A stretch of 64,000 bases of DNA. Source: Desulfuromonas sp. Lineage in GTDB: Bacteria; Desulfobacterota; Desulfuromonadia; Desulfuromonadales; Desulfuromonadaceae. The position numbers were made by a program, and so were the translations under genes. Positions 6,964 through 16,443 of this stretch are shown in pieces (position 1 is the stretch's first letter; each line of letters begins with the position of its first letter). The stretch covers positions 4,882 through 68,881 of the forward strand of contig PKUE01000146.1 of NCBI GenBank assembly GCA_002869685.1, in the 5' to 3' direction. The notes below the pieces were generated by a model. It did not search any database. It was not told where the DNA came from and was given only the letters and a program-made list of their open reading frames with translations.

Positions 6964-9375
6964 TTGAAGCTTTATCCTTCATTTCTTTGCATCGTGTTGT
7001 TCGCAGGTCTGTCGTTGGCCGTGGCATCCAGTGCGCGAGCTGAACAGAGTTTTGTGCTGAAAAAGATCGACAAAGAAGATGAGGTGAATGTTACCCGGTT
7101 TGTCCTCGAATTCAACAAAATGCCTGAATTTCAAGTGCGGACGTCGGGGCAAAAACTGGAAGTTGACCTGCAGAAAACCGTGGCCGGGTCCGATATGGTG
7201 TTCCCGCCAGAGGATGAGCGTCTAGTTCGGGTTCTGTTGGGGCAGGGCAAAGATCGCCTGATGGTGTCGATGCTGTTACGGCGTCCACCCTATTTTGTTA
7301 ACACGTCGAAGGATCCACGTACGGAGCGGATCACGGTTGATGTCCATTGGCGTGATGCACAAAGTGGCATGCGTCCGGCTATCGCACGCAGCCTGCCGGG
7401 GCAGGTTTCTCAGCGTGACGGAATTGTCCGGCGCGGCATTGACTCAAAGTACCGTGGTGATTGGTTGCAGTTCTTTGAAGAGTACGAACTTCCGGTGGTG
7501 ATCCCGACGACTGTGCACTACACTATGCCGCCGTTTCCGGCTCTGTCGTTGTTGGGTCCGGTAGAAGATGTGCTACCGGTAGAGGTGGAGGAACTGGCGC
7601 AGGCGGAAGACTGGGATGCTGCGGTTAATGCCCTGCGCAATATTGGCTTTGAGTCGACGACAGGGACGACCCGCGCCCGCTTTCTGTTGATGATTGCAGA
7701 ACTGGAACTGCGTGGTGAGCATTATTCCAAAGCGCTAAGGACGATGGAGAACATCCGGGACCTTTTGCCGGAGGATGACGAAGCATTGCGCGGCTATCAC
7801 CGTTTGCTGCAAATGTATATTGACGCCAGTGCGCTGAGCGACCCGTATCAACTGATGGCAGCGCTGGAGTTGGATGTGCAGCGAGACGATAATGCCTTGT
7901 TGCTGCCATATTCCGAATTGTTGCATGCCGAAGTGGCTCTGGCCACCGGGCATATCAAACAAGTGAAAATCGTCCTCGAAGAGCAGATGCGGCGTGATGT
8001 CGGCAGCCTCGGGGTTTCGTATCAGCAGCGCATGGCGGATGTCTTGTTTGAGCAGGGAAACTATACTGCTGCGATCGAGCGTTATGAAGGGCTGAGTGAG
8101 CAGTTGGCGGGGTTCCCCCATTCGTTAGCCGGGTTCGCCATGAGCCTGTACCGCAGTGGTGATTATAATGGTGCCATTGTTCAGCTCAAGCGATTTCTGG
8201 ATAATGTCGATGAGCCCGAGCCCCGAGACATGGCGCGCTATCTGATGGCAATGGCCTTGATCCACCGTGGCGACAAAGATGCCGGCTACGATCTGCTTCA
8301 TCAGATCATTCCCGGGACCCAGGGGGCGTTGCTTGCCAAGGCCAAAATCGCCGATCTGAGCATGCTTGTGGATGATTTCTACAGTCGTCGACGGGCATGC
8401 AGCGACTATGGGCAATTGATCGACCAGATGGTGGACCGTGATCGACGCGCCGAAATGCAGTTTAAGAAGGCTTTGGGCGCTTATATTCTGGGGCAGCGGA
8501 TGGAGGCGGTCGAAGAGATCCGTTTTTTGCTCAAGTCGGATCGGCTGACCAATCTGGCTGGTGATGCCCAGGCTCTGTTGGCGGATATTCTGCCCGATCT
8601 TATCCGTGGCATGATTGAGGAGAAGAAATACTTTAATGCTCTGGTGCTGGTTGAACAGAACCGTGAGCTGCTTGTGGCCAGCCAACGTAATTTTGATTTT
8701 CTCATCGGCTTAGGTGAGGTGTTTTCTGAGTTGGAATTTTCAGATCGGGCTGTGAGGTTGTATTTGTATCTGCTGGATCATGCCTCCGACGAACAGGAAA
8801 CGTCACAGGTTTATATCCCTTTGTTGCGGGCGTTGATGCAGCAGGAGGACTACCGACGCGTCCTGACCTATTCAGAGCGTTTTATCCAGCAGTATCCGCA
8901 AGCGGAGCAGGGCGCCGAAGTCTTGTTATTGCGCCTCAAAGCCATGCTGGCACTGGGGCAGGAGGATGAGGTGTTTGCCGCTTTGCTGAAGCGGGACCGC
9001 CCTCATACGGAAGATTTGGATCACCTGTTGGCACATCTGGCATGGCAGCGTGGTGACATGCCCCGCGTTATTGCCAGCCTGAGTCCTTTGATCGGCGATG
9101 ATCTGGATCTGGAAGAGCCAGACGATTTGATTGTGCTGGCGGAAGCATTGATGGCCACGGGTAAAAATGCCCGAGCTTTGAAGCTCTATCGCTATTTGCA
9201 GGGAAAAGATCCCTATCGGGATCAGGCTATCTATCGTGACGCTCAGTTGTCATTGCAGCAGGGTCAGCGTGCGGTGGGGCTAAAACTTTTGCGCCAACTT
9301 GTCGAAGAAGCAAAAGATTCACAATGGCGCTCCCTGGCTGAGGAAACTCTGGCGATTGAGCGGTTTAACCGTTAG
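6964..9375 (+). CDS. Secreted AMIN-like/TPR-repeat protein (PflA-like candidate)
   Basis: Signal peptide (MKLYPSFLCIVLFAGLSLAVASSARA-E), beta-rich N-terminal domain 'TRFVLEFNKMPEFQVRTSGQKLEVDL', then long helical TPR-like repeats; first gene of the flgB operon. Confidence 0.7.
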   Translation: MKLYPSFLCIVLFAGLSLAVASSARAEQSFVLKKIDKEDEVNVTRFVLEFNKMPEFQVRTSGQKLEVDLQKTVAGSDMVFPPEDERLVRVLLGQGKDRLMVSMLLRRPPYFVNTSKDPRTERITVDVHWRDAQSGMRPAIARSLPGQVSQRDGIVRRGIDSKYRGDWLQFFEEYELPVVIPTTVHYTMPPFPALSLLGPVEDVLPVEVEELAQAEDWDAAVNALRNIGFESTTGTTRARFLLMIAELELRGEHYSKALRTMENIRDLLPEDDEALRGYHRLLQMYIDASALSDPYQLMAALELDVQRDDNALLLPYSELLHAEVALATGHIKQVKIVLEEQMRRDVGSLGVSYQQRMADVLFEQGNYTAAIERYEGLSEQLAGFPHSLAGFAMSLYRSGDYNGAIVQLKRFLDNVDEPEPRDMARYLMAMALIHRGDKDAGYDLLHQIIPGTQGALLAKAKIADLSMLVDDFYSRRRACSDYGQLIDQMVDRDRRAEMQFKKALGAYILGQRMEAVEEIRFLLKSDRLTNLAGDAQALLADILPDLIRGMIEEKKYFNALVLVEQNRELLVASQRNFDFLIGLGEVFSELEFSDRAVRLYLYLLDHASDEQETSQVYIPLLRALMQQEDYRRVLTYSERFIQQYPQAEQGAEVLLLRLKAMLALGQEDEVFAALLKRDRPHTEDLDHLLAHLAWQRGDMPRVIASLSPLIGDDLDLEEPDDLIVLAEALMATGKNARALKLYRYLQGKDPYRDQAIYRDAQLSLQQGQRAVGLKLLRQLVEEAKDSQWRSLAEETLAIERFNR

Positions 9376-9390
9376 AAGGGATAAAGAACA

Positions 9391-9801
9391 ATGATGACTA
9401 AGGGAATGATGGACCAGACGGCATTGCTGTTGAAAAAGTCCCTGGACTTGCGTTTGCGCAACCAGCAGATCATTGCCGGCAATGTTGCGAATGCGCAGAC
9501 GCCTGGTTATCGAGCCAAAACGTTTGAATTTGAGGATGCTTTGCGGCAGGCGGCAACGGGACAGGGGACCGATGTGGCGACGACCCATCCCCGACATATC
9601 TCGACTCATGGCGGTGCGATCAACAATGTCACCGGAACGATCGGTGAAATTCGTGATACCTCTGGCATCGGAGATCGCAACACGGTTCAGGTGGAACAGG
9701 AGATGATCAACCTGTCGGAAAACCAGATCATGTACGAAGCGACCACCCAGCTGTTAAATAAAAAACTCAACATCATCAAATATGTTGTTCAGGGGACATA
9801 G
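9391..9801 (+). CDS. flgB: Flagellar basal-body rod protein FlgB
   Basis: QQIIAGNVANAQTPGY, DRNTVQVEQEM. Confidence 0.97.
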   Translation: MMTKGMMDQTALLLKKSLDLRLRNQQIIAGNVANAQTPGYRAKTFEFEDALRQAATGQGTDVATTHPRHISTHGGAINNVTGTIGEIRDTSGIGDRNTVQVEQEMINLSENQIMYEATTQLLNKKLNIIKYVVQGT

Positions 9802-9812
9802 AGGAGTGAGCG

Positions 9813-10244
9813 ATGAACATCTTCACGTCAATGAATATCAGTGCTTCGGCTTTGAAGGCGCAGCGGATACGTCTGGATACCATCAGTTCCAATATGGCAA
9901 ATTCCGAAACCACCCGGACGCCGGATGGTGGTCCCTATCGACGTAAAATGGTGGTGTTTGAGCCGCAGCAGGTTTCTTTTGCCGATCACCTGTCCGCCAA
10001 AGAGAAACAGGCTTTGAACGGGGTGCGGGTCAGCGAGATTATCACTGAAGATGCCGAGCCGAGACTGGTTTTTGATCCAGGTCATCCCGATGCCAATGAA
10101 CAGGGTTATGTTGCCTTGCCCAATATCGATATCATGAAGGAAACAACGGATATGATGTTGGCGACCAGGGCTTATGAAGCGAATATTACCACGATTAAAT
10201 CAGCCAAGCGCATGGCGTTGAAAGCGTTGGAAATCGGTAAATAA
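9813..10244 (+). CDS. flgC: Flagellar basal-body rod protein FlgC
   Basis: ISSNMANSETTRTPDGGPYRRK, FDPGHPDA, AYEANI. Confidence 0.97.
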   Translation: MNIFTSMNISASALKAQRIRLDTISSNMANSETTRTPDGGPYRRKMVVFEPQQVSFADHLSAKEKQALNGVRVSEIITEDAEPRLVFDPGHPDANEQGYVALPNIDIMKETTDMMLATRAYEANITTIKSAKRMALKALEIGK

Positions 10245-10272
10245 CCGGGACAAACGATAGCGAGGTGCCGTA

Positions 10273-10566
10273 ATGAAAGATATCTCTATTGATACTCATC
10301 TCAAGTCGATGATGCCGACCCTCAGTGGGCCGGCCCAGCGAGCGCAAAGTGGTTTTGCCGAAATGCTGACCCAGGCGATCGACGGAACCAATAAGGCACA
10401 GTTGGACGCGGATAAAGCCGTGACCGATCTGGCAACAGGGAAAGCGGAAAACCTCCATGAAGTTATGCTGTCGATGGAGGAAGCCGATGTGTCGATGCGT
10501 ATGCTGGTGCAGATACGCAATAAAGTGGTTGACGCGTACAAAGAAATTATTCAGATGCAGGTGTGA
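10273..10566 (+). CDS. fliE: Hook-basal body protein FliE
   Basis: NLHEVMLSMEEA...QIRNKVVDAYKEI. Confidence 0.95.
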   Translation: MKDISIDTHLKSMMPTLSGPAQRAQSGFAEMLTQAIDGTNKAQLDADKAVTDLATGKAENLHEVMLSMEEADVSMRMLVQIRNKVVDAYKEIIQMQV

Positions 10567-10622
10567 TGCTGTTTTCTGGGGGAATACAATTGATCGATTC
10601 TGGAATGGAGTGTTCATAAGCT

Positions 10623-12185
10623 ATGGCCGATGACACCAGGGGAAATATGTTGACGGCAATCAAGGACTGGCCTTTATCGCGCAAGATCAGCCTTGTCGCC
10701 GTTGCGCTGTTTTCAATGACATTGTTTGCGCTGATTATCATGCAGGCGCGCCATACCGATTATCAGCTGTTGTTTGCCAATCTGTCCGAGAGTGATGCAT
10801 CCTCCATTGTCAGTTGGCTGAAAGAACAGAAGGTTCCCTATGAACTGCGGGGCAGTGGCCGCTCGGTCTATGTCCCCTCCGAGCAGGTGTATGAAACTCG
10901 CCTTGATCTGGCCGGGGCCGGACTGCCTCAGGGGGGCGGTGTCGGATTTGAAATTTTTGACAAACAAAGTCTCGGGATTACCGACTTTGTTCAGAAAGTG
11001 AATTACTTGAGAGCAATGCAGGGGGAACTGTCGCGGACAGTTGCCTCGCTGTCGCCCGTGTCTGCAGCGCGAGTCCACCTGGCATTGCCACAAAAGAGGT
11101 TGTTTAAGAGCGATCAGCAGCGCGTCACCGCGTCGATTATCGTTAAACTGGTTCCGGGAATGGCCTTGAAGGAGGCACAGGTTCAAGGGATTGTTAACCT
11201 CGTCGCCGGCAGTGTCGAGGGGTTGGATCCCGACTATGTCACCGTGGTTGATGCGGCCGGAAAAGTGCTGTCGAAAACCCAGGAGGAGGGGCTCAATGGT
11301 CCAATGACCCCTGGCATGCTGGAGTACCAGCGCGCCGTTGAGCGCCAGATGGAAAACCGTGCCCAGGCCATGCTGGATCGGGCACTCGGCATGGCGAACT
11401 CACTGGTCAAGGTAACGGCAGTGCTCGATTTTGCCCAGGTGGAAAAGCTCGAAGAACTTTACGATCCGAAAAGTGCCGTACCGCGCAGTGAACAGGTTCA
11501 GGAACAAAAAGAGGGCTCGGCATCACCGGGCGGTGGTGTTCCCGGCGTTCAGGCGAATCTGGGCGGTGCCGTAAATACGCCGGGCGGCGCTGGCTCAAGC
11601 AGTACCAGCAGTGCCGAAACAACCAACTATGAAATCAGCAAAGTGGTCAACCGGACCGTTGCGCCGGTTGGGACGATTAAACATCTGTCGGTTTCGGTTC
11701 TGGTCGCCGATAAAATGGCGGAAGGTCAGGACGGCGAAGAGGCCCAGCTGACACCGCGCTCAGAACAGGAATTACGCACCATTGAAAAAATGGTGCAAAG
11801 CGCTCTGGGGATTGATAAAACTCGTGGTGATCAGCTTAATGTCGTCTCGATGCCATTTGCAGACGAGTTTTACCAGCAGCCAGAGATTCCTGAGCCGGGG
11901 ATTTCAGATCAGATTTATCTGTATATGCCGCTGCTCAAATATGCGTTAGCCGGGTTGGGGGCGTTGTTGATGTACCTGATGCTGGTGCGTCCGGCCATCA
12001 AGACCCTGAAATCCGAGGCGACTGTACAACATTTCAAAACGGTGAAAGAACTTGAGGCCGAGATGGCTTCAGGGAAAAGCTCAACAGTTCAACTGGATCC
12101 GACGGAACAGATGCGTCAGAATATTCTCAAAGCAGAACATTCACCTTCCCAGGTTATTCGTACCTGGATGAGTGATGAGCAATAG
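10623..12185 (+). CDS. fliF: MS-ring protein FliF
   Basis: GVGFEIFD, ARVHLALP, ASIIVKL, ETTNYEISK; two TM segments. Confidence 0.97.
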   Translation: MADDTRGNMLTAIKDWPLSRKISLVAVALFSMTLFALIIMQARHTDYQLLFANLSESDASSIVSWLKEQKVPYELRGSGRSVYVPSEQVYETRLDLAGAGLPQGGGVGFEIFDKQSLGITDFVQKVNYLRAMQGELSRTVASLSPVSAARVHLALPQKRLFKSDQQRVTASIIVKLVPGMALKEAQVQGIVNLVAGSVEGLDPDYVTVVDAAGKVLSKTQEEGLNGPMTPGMLEYQRAVERQMENRAQAMLDRALGMANSLVKVTAVLDFAQVEKLEELYDPKSAVPRSEQVQEQKEGSASPGGGVPGVQANLGGAVNTPGGAGSSSTSSAETTNYEISKVVNRTVAPVGTIKHLSVSVLVADKMAEGQDGEEAQLTPRSEQELRTIEKMVQSALGIDKTRGDQLNVVSMPFADEFYQQPEIPEPGISDQIYLYMPLLKYALAGLGALLMYLMLVRPAIKTLKSEATVQHFKTVKELEAEMASGKSSTVQLDPTEQMRQNILKAEHSPSQVIRTWMSDEQ

Positions 12186-12193
12186 GGTGAAGA

Positions 12194-13213
12194 ATGAGCG
12201 TGGAGGAATTACAATTTAACCGCATGTCCGGCCTTGAAAAGGCTGCTGTGTTGTTAATGTGTCTCGGCGAATCGGCGACGGCCAGGGTTTTTTCCGAATT
12301 GGAAGAAAACGAGATCCGTCTGCTGACCCGGGTGATGATTAATATTGACCATATTCCGGCAGATCTGGCCAATGATGTGATGTCGGAATTTCACCAGGCG
12401 CAGAAAAAAAATCCCGGCATGTATATCAAAAGTGAGGAGTTTATCCGAAACGCCATCACGGGGACCGGTGACGAAAATGGTGAACAGTTGGTCAATGAGA
12501 TTCTCAGCGGCGTTGAGTCACGCCCGCTGGAGACTATTGCCACAATGCAGCCGCGCATGGTTGCCAGTCTGCTGGAGAACGAGCACCCTCAGACACTAGC
12601 CCTTATTTTGTCCACCCAGCGTTCTGATCACACCAGTAAGGTCTTGAAATTCCTACCCGATGAAATCGCCGGGGATGTCATGTACCGCATTGCCAAGATC
12701 GATAAGGTTATGCCGGAAGTTATTGCCCAGATCGAAGAAGCACTGCGGCGCGAGATTGGTGGCGTCAGCAAAAAAGAGCAGCAGGAAGTGGGTGGTGTTG
12801 ACAAAGTGGTTGATATTCTCGGTCGCATGGAAAAAGGTTCGGACCGGAAGATTGTCGACAGTATTGAAGTGGCTGACCCGGAATTGGCCGAATCGATCCG
12901 CAAGAAAATGTTTACCTTCAGCGATCTGGTCAATATCGATAACCGTGGGATGCAGATGATCTTGCGTGAAATCAACAACGATACCCTCACCATGGCTCTC
13001 AAAACGGCCACGGATGATCTGAAGAATAAGATTTTCTCCAATATTTCCAACCGAGCCGCTGAGATGATTCAGGAAGACCTTGAGGCGATGGGGCCCGTGC
13101 GTCTGTCCGATGTTGAGGCGATGCAGCAGACCATTGTCAAGCTGGCGCTGAAACTGGAGGAAGAGGGACAGATCGTGATCCCGGGACGAGGAGCGGGTGA
13201 TGTCCTCGTCTAG
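12194..13213 (+). CDS. fliG: Motor switch protein FliG
   Basis: EKAAVLL, EHPQTLALIL, GGVDKVVDIL, MFTFSDL, MGPVRLSDVE. Confidence 0.97.
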   Translation: MSVEELQFNRMSGLEKAAVLLMCLGESATARVFSELEENEIRLLTRVMINIDHIPADLANDVMSEFHQAQKKNPGMYIKSEEFIRNAITGTGDENGEQLVNEILSGVESRPLETIATMQPRMVASLLENEHPQTLALILSTQRSDHTSKVLKFLPDEIAGDVMYRIAKIDKVMPEVIAQIEEALRREIGGVSKKEQQEVGGVDKVVDILGRMEKGSDRKIVDSIEVADPELAESIRKKMFTFSDLVNIDNRGMQMILREINNDTLTMALKTATDDLKNKIFSNISNRAAEMIQEDLEAMGPVRLSDVEAMQQTIVKLALKLEEEGQIVIPGRGAGDVLV

Positions 13214-13895
13214 AATTCTTCGTGATCCCCAGGTGACCTGTCAGTGTGTCGTCATGACAGATTTAAGTGAGGTGAGTGCGGCGAAATCGGGCAGCTTTAC
13301 CGTGGCGGAATGTCCTGCACAGGCCAGAATTCCCAGCCATGTTATGAACGAAGGGGGCGCGGAACCTGAAGGTGTGCCTCAGCCACAGATTGATGAAGAA
13401 GCGATCCGTCAGCAGGGGTTTGACGAAGGGCGGCAGGCCGGACTTGATGAGGCAGAATCCCGGCTGGGTAATGCGACCAAGGCTCTGGCAGAAGCCTGCC
13501 GTCAGCTCAGTACTCAGCGGCAGAAGCAGCTTGAAGGCAGCCGTGATGACATGCTGCGAATGGTGTTGGCCATTGCTGAGCGCGTTGTTATGGTGGAATT
13601 GTCGGCGCACAAGGAAGCAATAACGCAGACAGTGCAGCAGGCGATTCAGGCGGCGGTCAGCGCCGAAGAATTTCATATTAAAGTGAATCCCGCTGATCTG
13701 GAGATTGTACAGCAGCATAAGCCGCTGTTTATTGCCAGCCTCACCGGTTTGACCAATATCGAATTCGTCACCGATCCCGGAGTTACTGCGGGTGGGTGTG
13801 TCCTTGAATCCTCGGTCGGGCGGGTTGATGCCACCATTGAGGCTCAGATGGAAGAAATTGCCCAGACATTGAAAGAGGCAATTGGCGGAGAGTAG
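13197..13895 (+). CDS. fliH: Flagellar export protein FliH
   Basis: QQGFDEGRQAG (GxxxG repeats), IKVNPADL, GGCVLES..GRVDATIE; between fliG and fliI. Confidence 0.9.
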   Translation: MMSSSRILRDPQVTCQCVVMTDLSEVSAAKSGSFTVAECPAQARIPSHVMNEGGAEPEGVPQPQIDEEAIRQQGFDEGRQAGLDEAESRLGNATKALAEACRQLSTQRQKQLEGSRDDMLRMVLAIAERVVMVELSAHKEAITQTVQQAIQAAVSAEEFHIKVNPADLEIVQQHKPLFIASLTGLTNIEFVTDPGVTAGGCVLESSVGRVDATIEAQMEEIAQTLKEAIGGE

Positions 13896-15224
13896 ATGGC
13901 CACGGTAGAGTCGCGAATCAGATCGTGCAAAACCTTGCGGGTGTGGGGCAAGGTGACTAAAATTGTTGGCCTGGTAGTTGAAGGGTATTGTCCCTCGGCC
14001 TCGGTTGGCACCATGTGCGAAGTGCAGCCTTTGGATGGCAGCGCGGCTGTTGCTGCTGAGGTGGTCGGTTTTCGTGAAGGGCTGGCGCTGTTGATGCCGC
14101 TTGGCGAGTTGCGTGGCCTGGGGCCCGGCAGCCTGATCCGGGTGTTGCGTTCCCGCGCAACCATGCCGGTTGGTGAAGCGTTACTTGGACGGGTTGTTGA
14201 TGCGATGGGACAGGCCATAGACGGATTGCCCACCCCTGAACTCGATCAGGAAATGCCCGTCTACTCATTGCCGCCCGGCCCAATGGAGCGCAAGAAAATT
14301 TCTGATCCCCTTGATCTCGGGGTGCGGGCAATCAACGGTCTGCTTACCTGTGGCCGTGGTCAGAGGATGGGGATTATGGCGGGCTCCGGGGTCGGTAAAA
14401 GTGTTCTGCTTGGCACCATGGCCAAACATTCCCAGTCGGATATCAACGTTATCGCGCTCATCGGTGAGCGTGGTCGTGAGGTGCGTGAATTTATTGAGCG
14501 TGACCTGGGTGAAGAGGGGCTGGCCCGCTCGGTGGTGCTTGTTGCCACTTCTGACCAGTCGCCGCTGTTGCGGATGCGTGGTGCTTTTGTCGCCACAACC
14601 TTGGCTGAGTACTTCTGTCGTCAGGGGCACAATGTGCTGTTGATGATGGACTCGGTCACCCGTTTTGCCATGGCCATGCGCGAGGTCGGTCTGGCCATAG
14701 GCGAACCGCCGACCACCAAAGGCTACACCCCATCTGTTTTTGCGACCTTGCCCAAGCTGTTGGAACGCGCTGGCAGCTTCAAGGATCAGGGCAGCATCAC
14801 CGGTCTGTACACCGTTCTGGTTGAGGGGGATGACATGAATGAGCCCATTGCCGATGCGGTGCGATCCATCCTTGACGGTCATATTGTTCTGTCTCGTGAT
14901 CTGGCGGCCCGTAATCATTATCCCTGCATCGATATTCTTCATTCCGCCAGTCGTGTTATGCGTGATATCGTCGACAGCGAGCACGTGCAAAGCGCCGCTC
15001 AGATCCGTGAAATCCTTGCCACTCACAAGGAGGCGGAAGATCTGATCAATATCGGTGCCTATGTGGCTGGCAGCAACGCCAAAATCGATTACGCCATCTC
15101 CCGCATTGATGCGGTGAATGATTTCCTGCGTCAGGGAATGGACGAGCGTGATGATCTGGTGGGAACCGTCGAGGCTATGCATAAACTGGTTCTGGACCGA
15201 CGCGCGGAACGCCGCACTTCCTGA
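13896..15224 (+). CDS. fliI: Flagellar export ATPase FliI
   Basis: Walker A GSGVGKS, LIGERGREV, LMMDSVTR, LDGHIVLSR. Confidence 0.98.
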   Translation: MATVESRIRSCKTLRVWGKVTKIVGLVVEGYCPSASVGTMCEVQPLDGSAAVAAEVVGFREGLALLMPLGELRGLGPGSLIRVLRSRATMPVGEALLGRVVDAMGQAIDGLPTPELDQEMPVYSLPPGPMERKKISDPLDLGVRAINGLLTCGRGQRMGIMAGSGVGKSVLLGTMAKHSQSDINVIALIGERGREVREFIERDLGEEGLARSVVLVATSDQSPLLRMRGAFVATTLAEYFCRQGHNVLLMMDSVTRFAMAMREVGLAIGEPPTTKGYTPSVFATLPKLLERAGSFKDQGSITGLYTVLVEGDDMNEPIADAVRSILDGHIVLSRDLAARNHYPCIDILHSASRVMRDIVDSEHVQSAAQIREILATHKEAEDLINIGAYVAGSNAKIDYAISRIDAVNDFLRQGMDERDDLVGTVEAMHKLVLDRRAERRTS

Positions 15225-15333
15225 TTTGTAAATTCCCCTTATTATTCCTGCACAAGTTGCCGAAGAGAGACACGATTCGTTACTGCGTATTGTTGTGTTC
15301 GGCACCGATGTGTCCAACCCTGCGGAAAATACT

Positions 15334-15774
15334 ATGAAGCCTTTTAAGCTCCAGGTTGTCCTGGAACACCGTCAACGTCTCGAAGATCAGGCCCGTCAGC
15401 ATTTGGCTCAGGCTCTTCAGGATGAAAAAAAGGTACGTGATGAAATGACCCATTGTCGTCAGCGCTCTGAAGAGGTGGGACAGGAGTATGCGCAACGCCA
15501 GGAATTGGGCATGCATGCGCACGAGTTTATGCTTTACGAAAATCAGCTCTACCATCAGCGCGAACGACTTGAACGCCTGGAAGGGCAGCTGCGGCAAGCC
15601 GAGCAACATGTCATCGCCTGTCGCAAAGCCCTCGGTGAAGCCAGCAAGGAAAAGAAATTGCTGGAAAAAGTAAAAGAAAAACAACAGTTGGCCGAATTGA
15701 AGAAAGAACAGCGCCGCGAGATGGCTGAAATTGATGAAGTCGCCATCTTGCATCGAGATGAGGATAGCCAATGA
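15334..15774 (+). CDS. fliJ: Flagellar export chaperone FliJ
   Basis: MKPFKLQVVLEHRQRLE..., coiled coil, EIDEVA; follows fliI. Confidence 0.9.
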   Translation: MKPFKLQVVLEHRQRLEDQARQHLAQALQDEKKVRDEMTHCRQRSEEVGQEYAQRQELGMHAHEFMLYENQLYHQRERLERLEGQLRQAEQHVIACRKALGEASKEKKLLEKVKEKQQLAELKKEQRREMAEIDEVAILHRDEDSQ

Positions 15775-16274
15775 AGAGAATGACCTATGTTGCCCTGGTG
15801 TTGTCGTTGCTTCTGGTTGGAGCGCGACTCACAGAAGCCGTTGATGAGTTTCAGGATCTTGATACGGAGATCGGGTCGGTCGAAGAGCGCCGTCTGATTG
15901 TTCAACTCAATGAGCAGAAGGAACGCAATGAGCAGCAGATTAAACAGATCGAACAGGAAAAAATAGAGCTAAACCTGCTGCGTGGTGAAGTCGATAAGAA
16001 ACTCGAAGAATTGAATGTGCTTCGCCGTGAGATTCAGCAGCTGTTGGCTGAGAAAGATGCCCGCGAGTTGGAGAAAGTGGCCCAGCTCAGCCAAATGTAC
16101 AACAAGATGGATCCCGCTCAGGCGGCACAAATTATTCGACAGCTCGACCGGGAACTGGCCATTGGCATTCTCGGTGGCATGAAAGCCAAAATCGCCGGTA
16201 AGGTTCTGGCGAATATCGGCGGTGAAGATGCTGCAACACTCAGTGCGGCATACGCCACATTAAAAGAAGATTGA
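15771..16274 (+). CDS. MotE/FlbB-like protein (MgtE N-terminal-like domain)
   Basis: N-terminal hydrophobic segment, coiled coil, 'MYNKMDPAQAAQII..L...AIGIL..MK.K.AGKVL'; between fliJ and fliK. Confidence 0.75.
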   Translation: MKRMTYVALVLSLLLVGARLTEAVDEFQDLDTEIGSVEERRLIVQLNEQKERNEQQIKQIEQEKIELNLLRGEVDKKLEELNVLRREIQQLLAEKDARELEKVAQLSQMYNKMDPAQAAQIIRQLDRELAIGILGGMKAKIAGKVLANIGGEDAATLSAAYATLKED

Positions 16275-16443
16275 TCGGCTGCTATCAGCCTGAGGCACCC
16301 AGGGACGGGTCGCCAAAATCAAGGTGCATAAAAGCTACCCCTTGATTTTGACAGCAGGAAGACGGTGTAACACTTCTTGCCTTGTTGTAAACAACTCCGG
16401 ATGAGTTGTTTGTGACACCCAGCTACTTCATAGGAGGAGTTGA

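Noticed and set aside
14265-15317. 350-aa minus-strand ORF
   Set aside because: Antisense shadow of fliI
15225-15333. Possible c-di-GMP/cGAMP (GEMM-I) riboswitch (contains GTTGCCGAA)
   Set aside because: Lacks the GGCAAA/GAAA-tetraloop and GCAAA core; only a weak GCCGAA/TTCGGC stem is present
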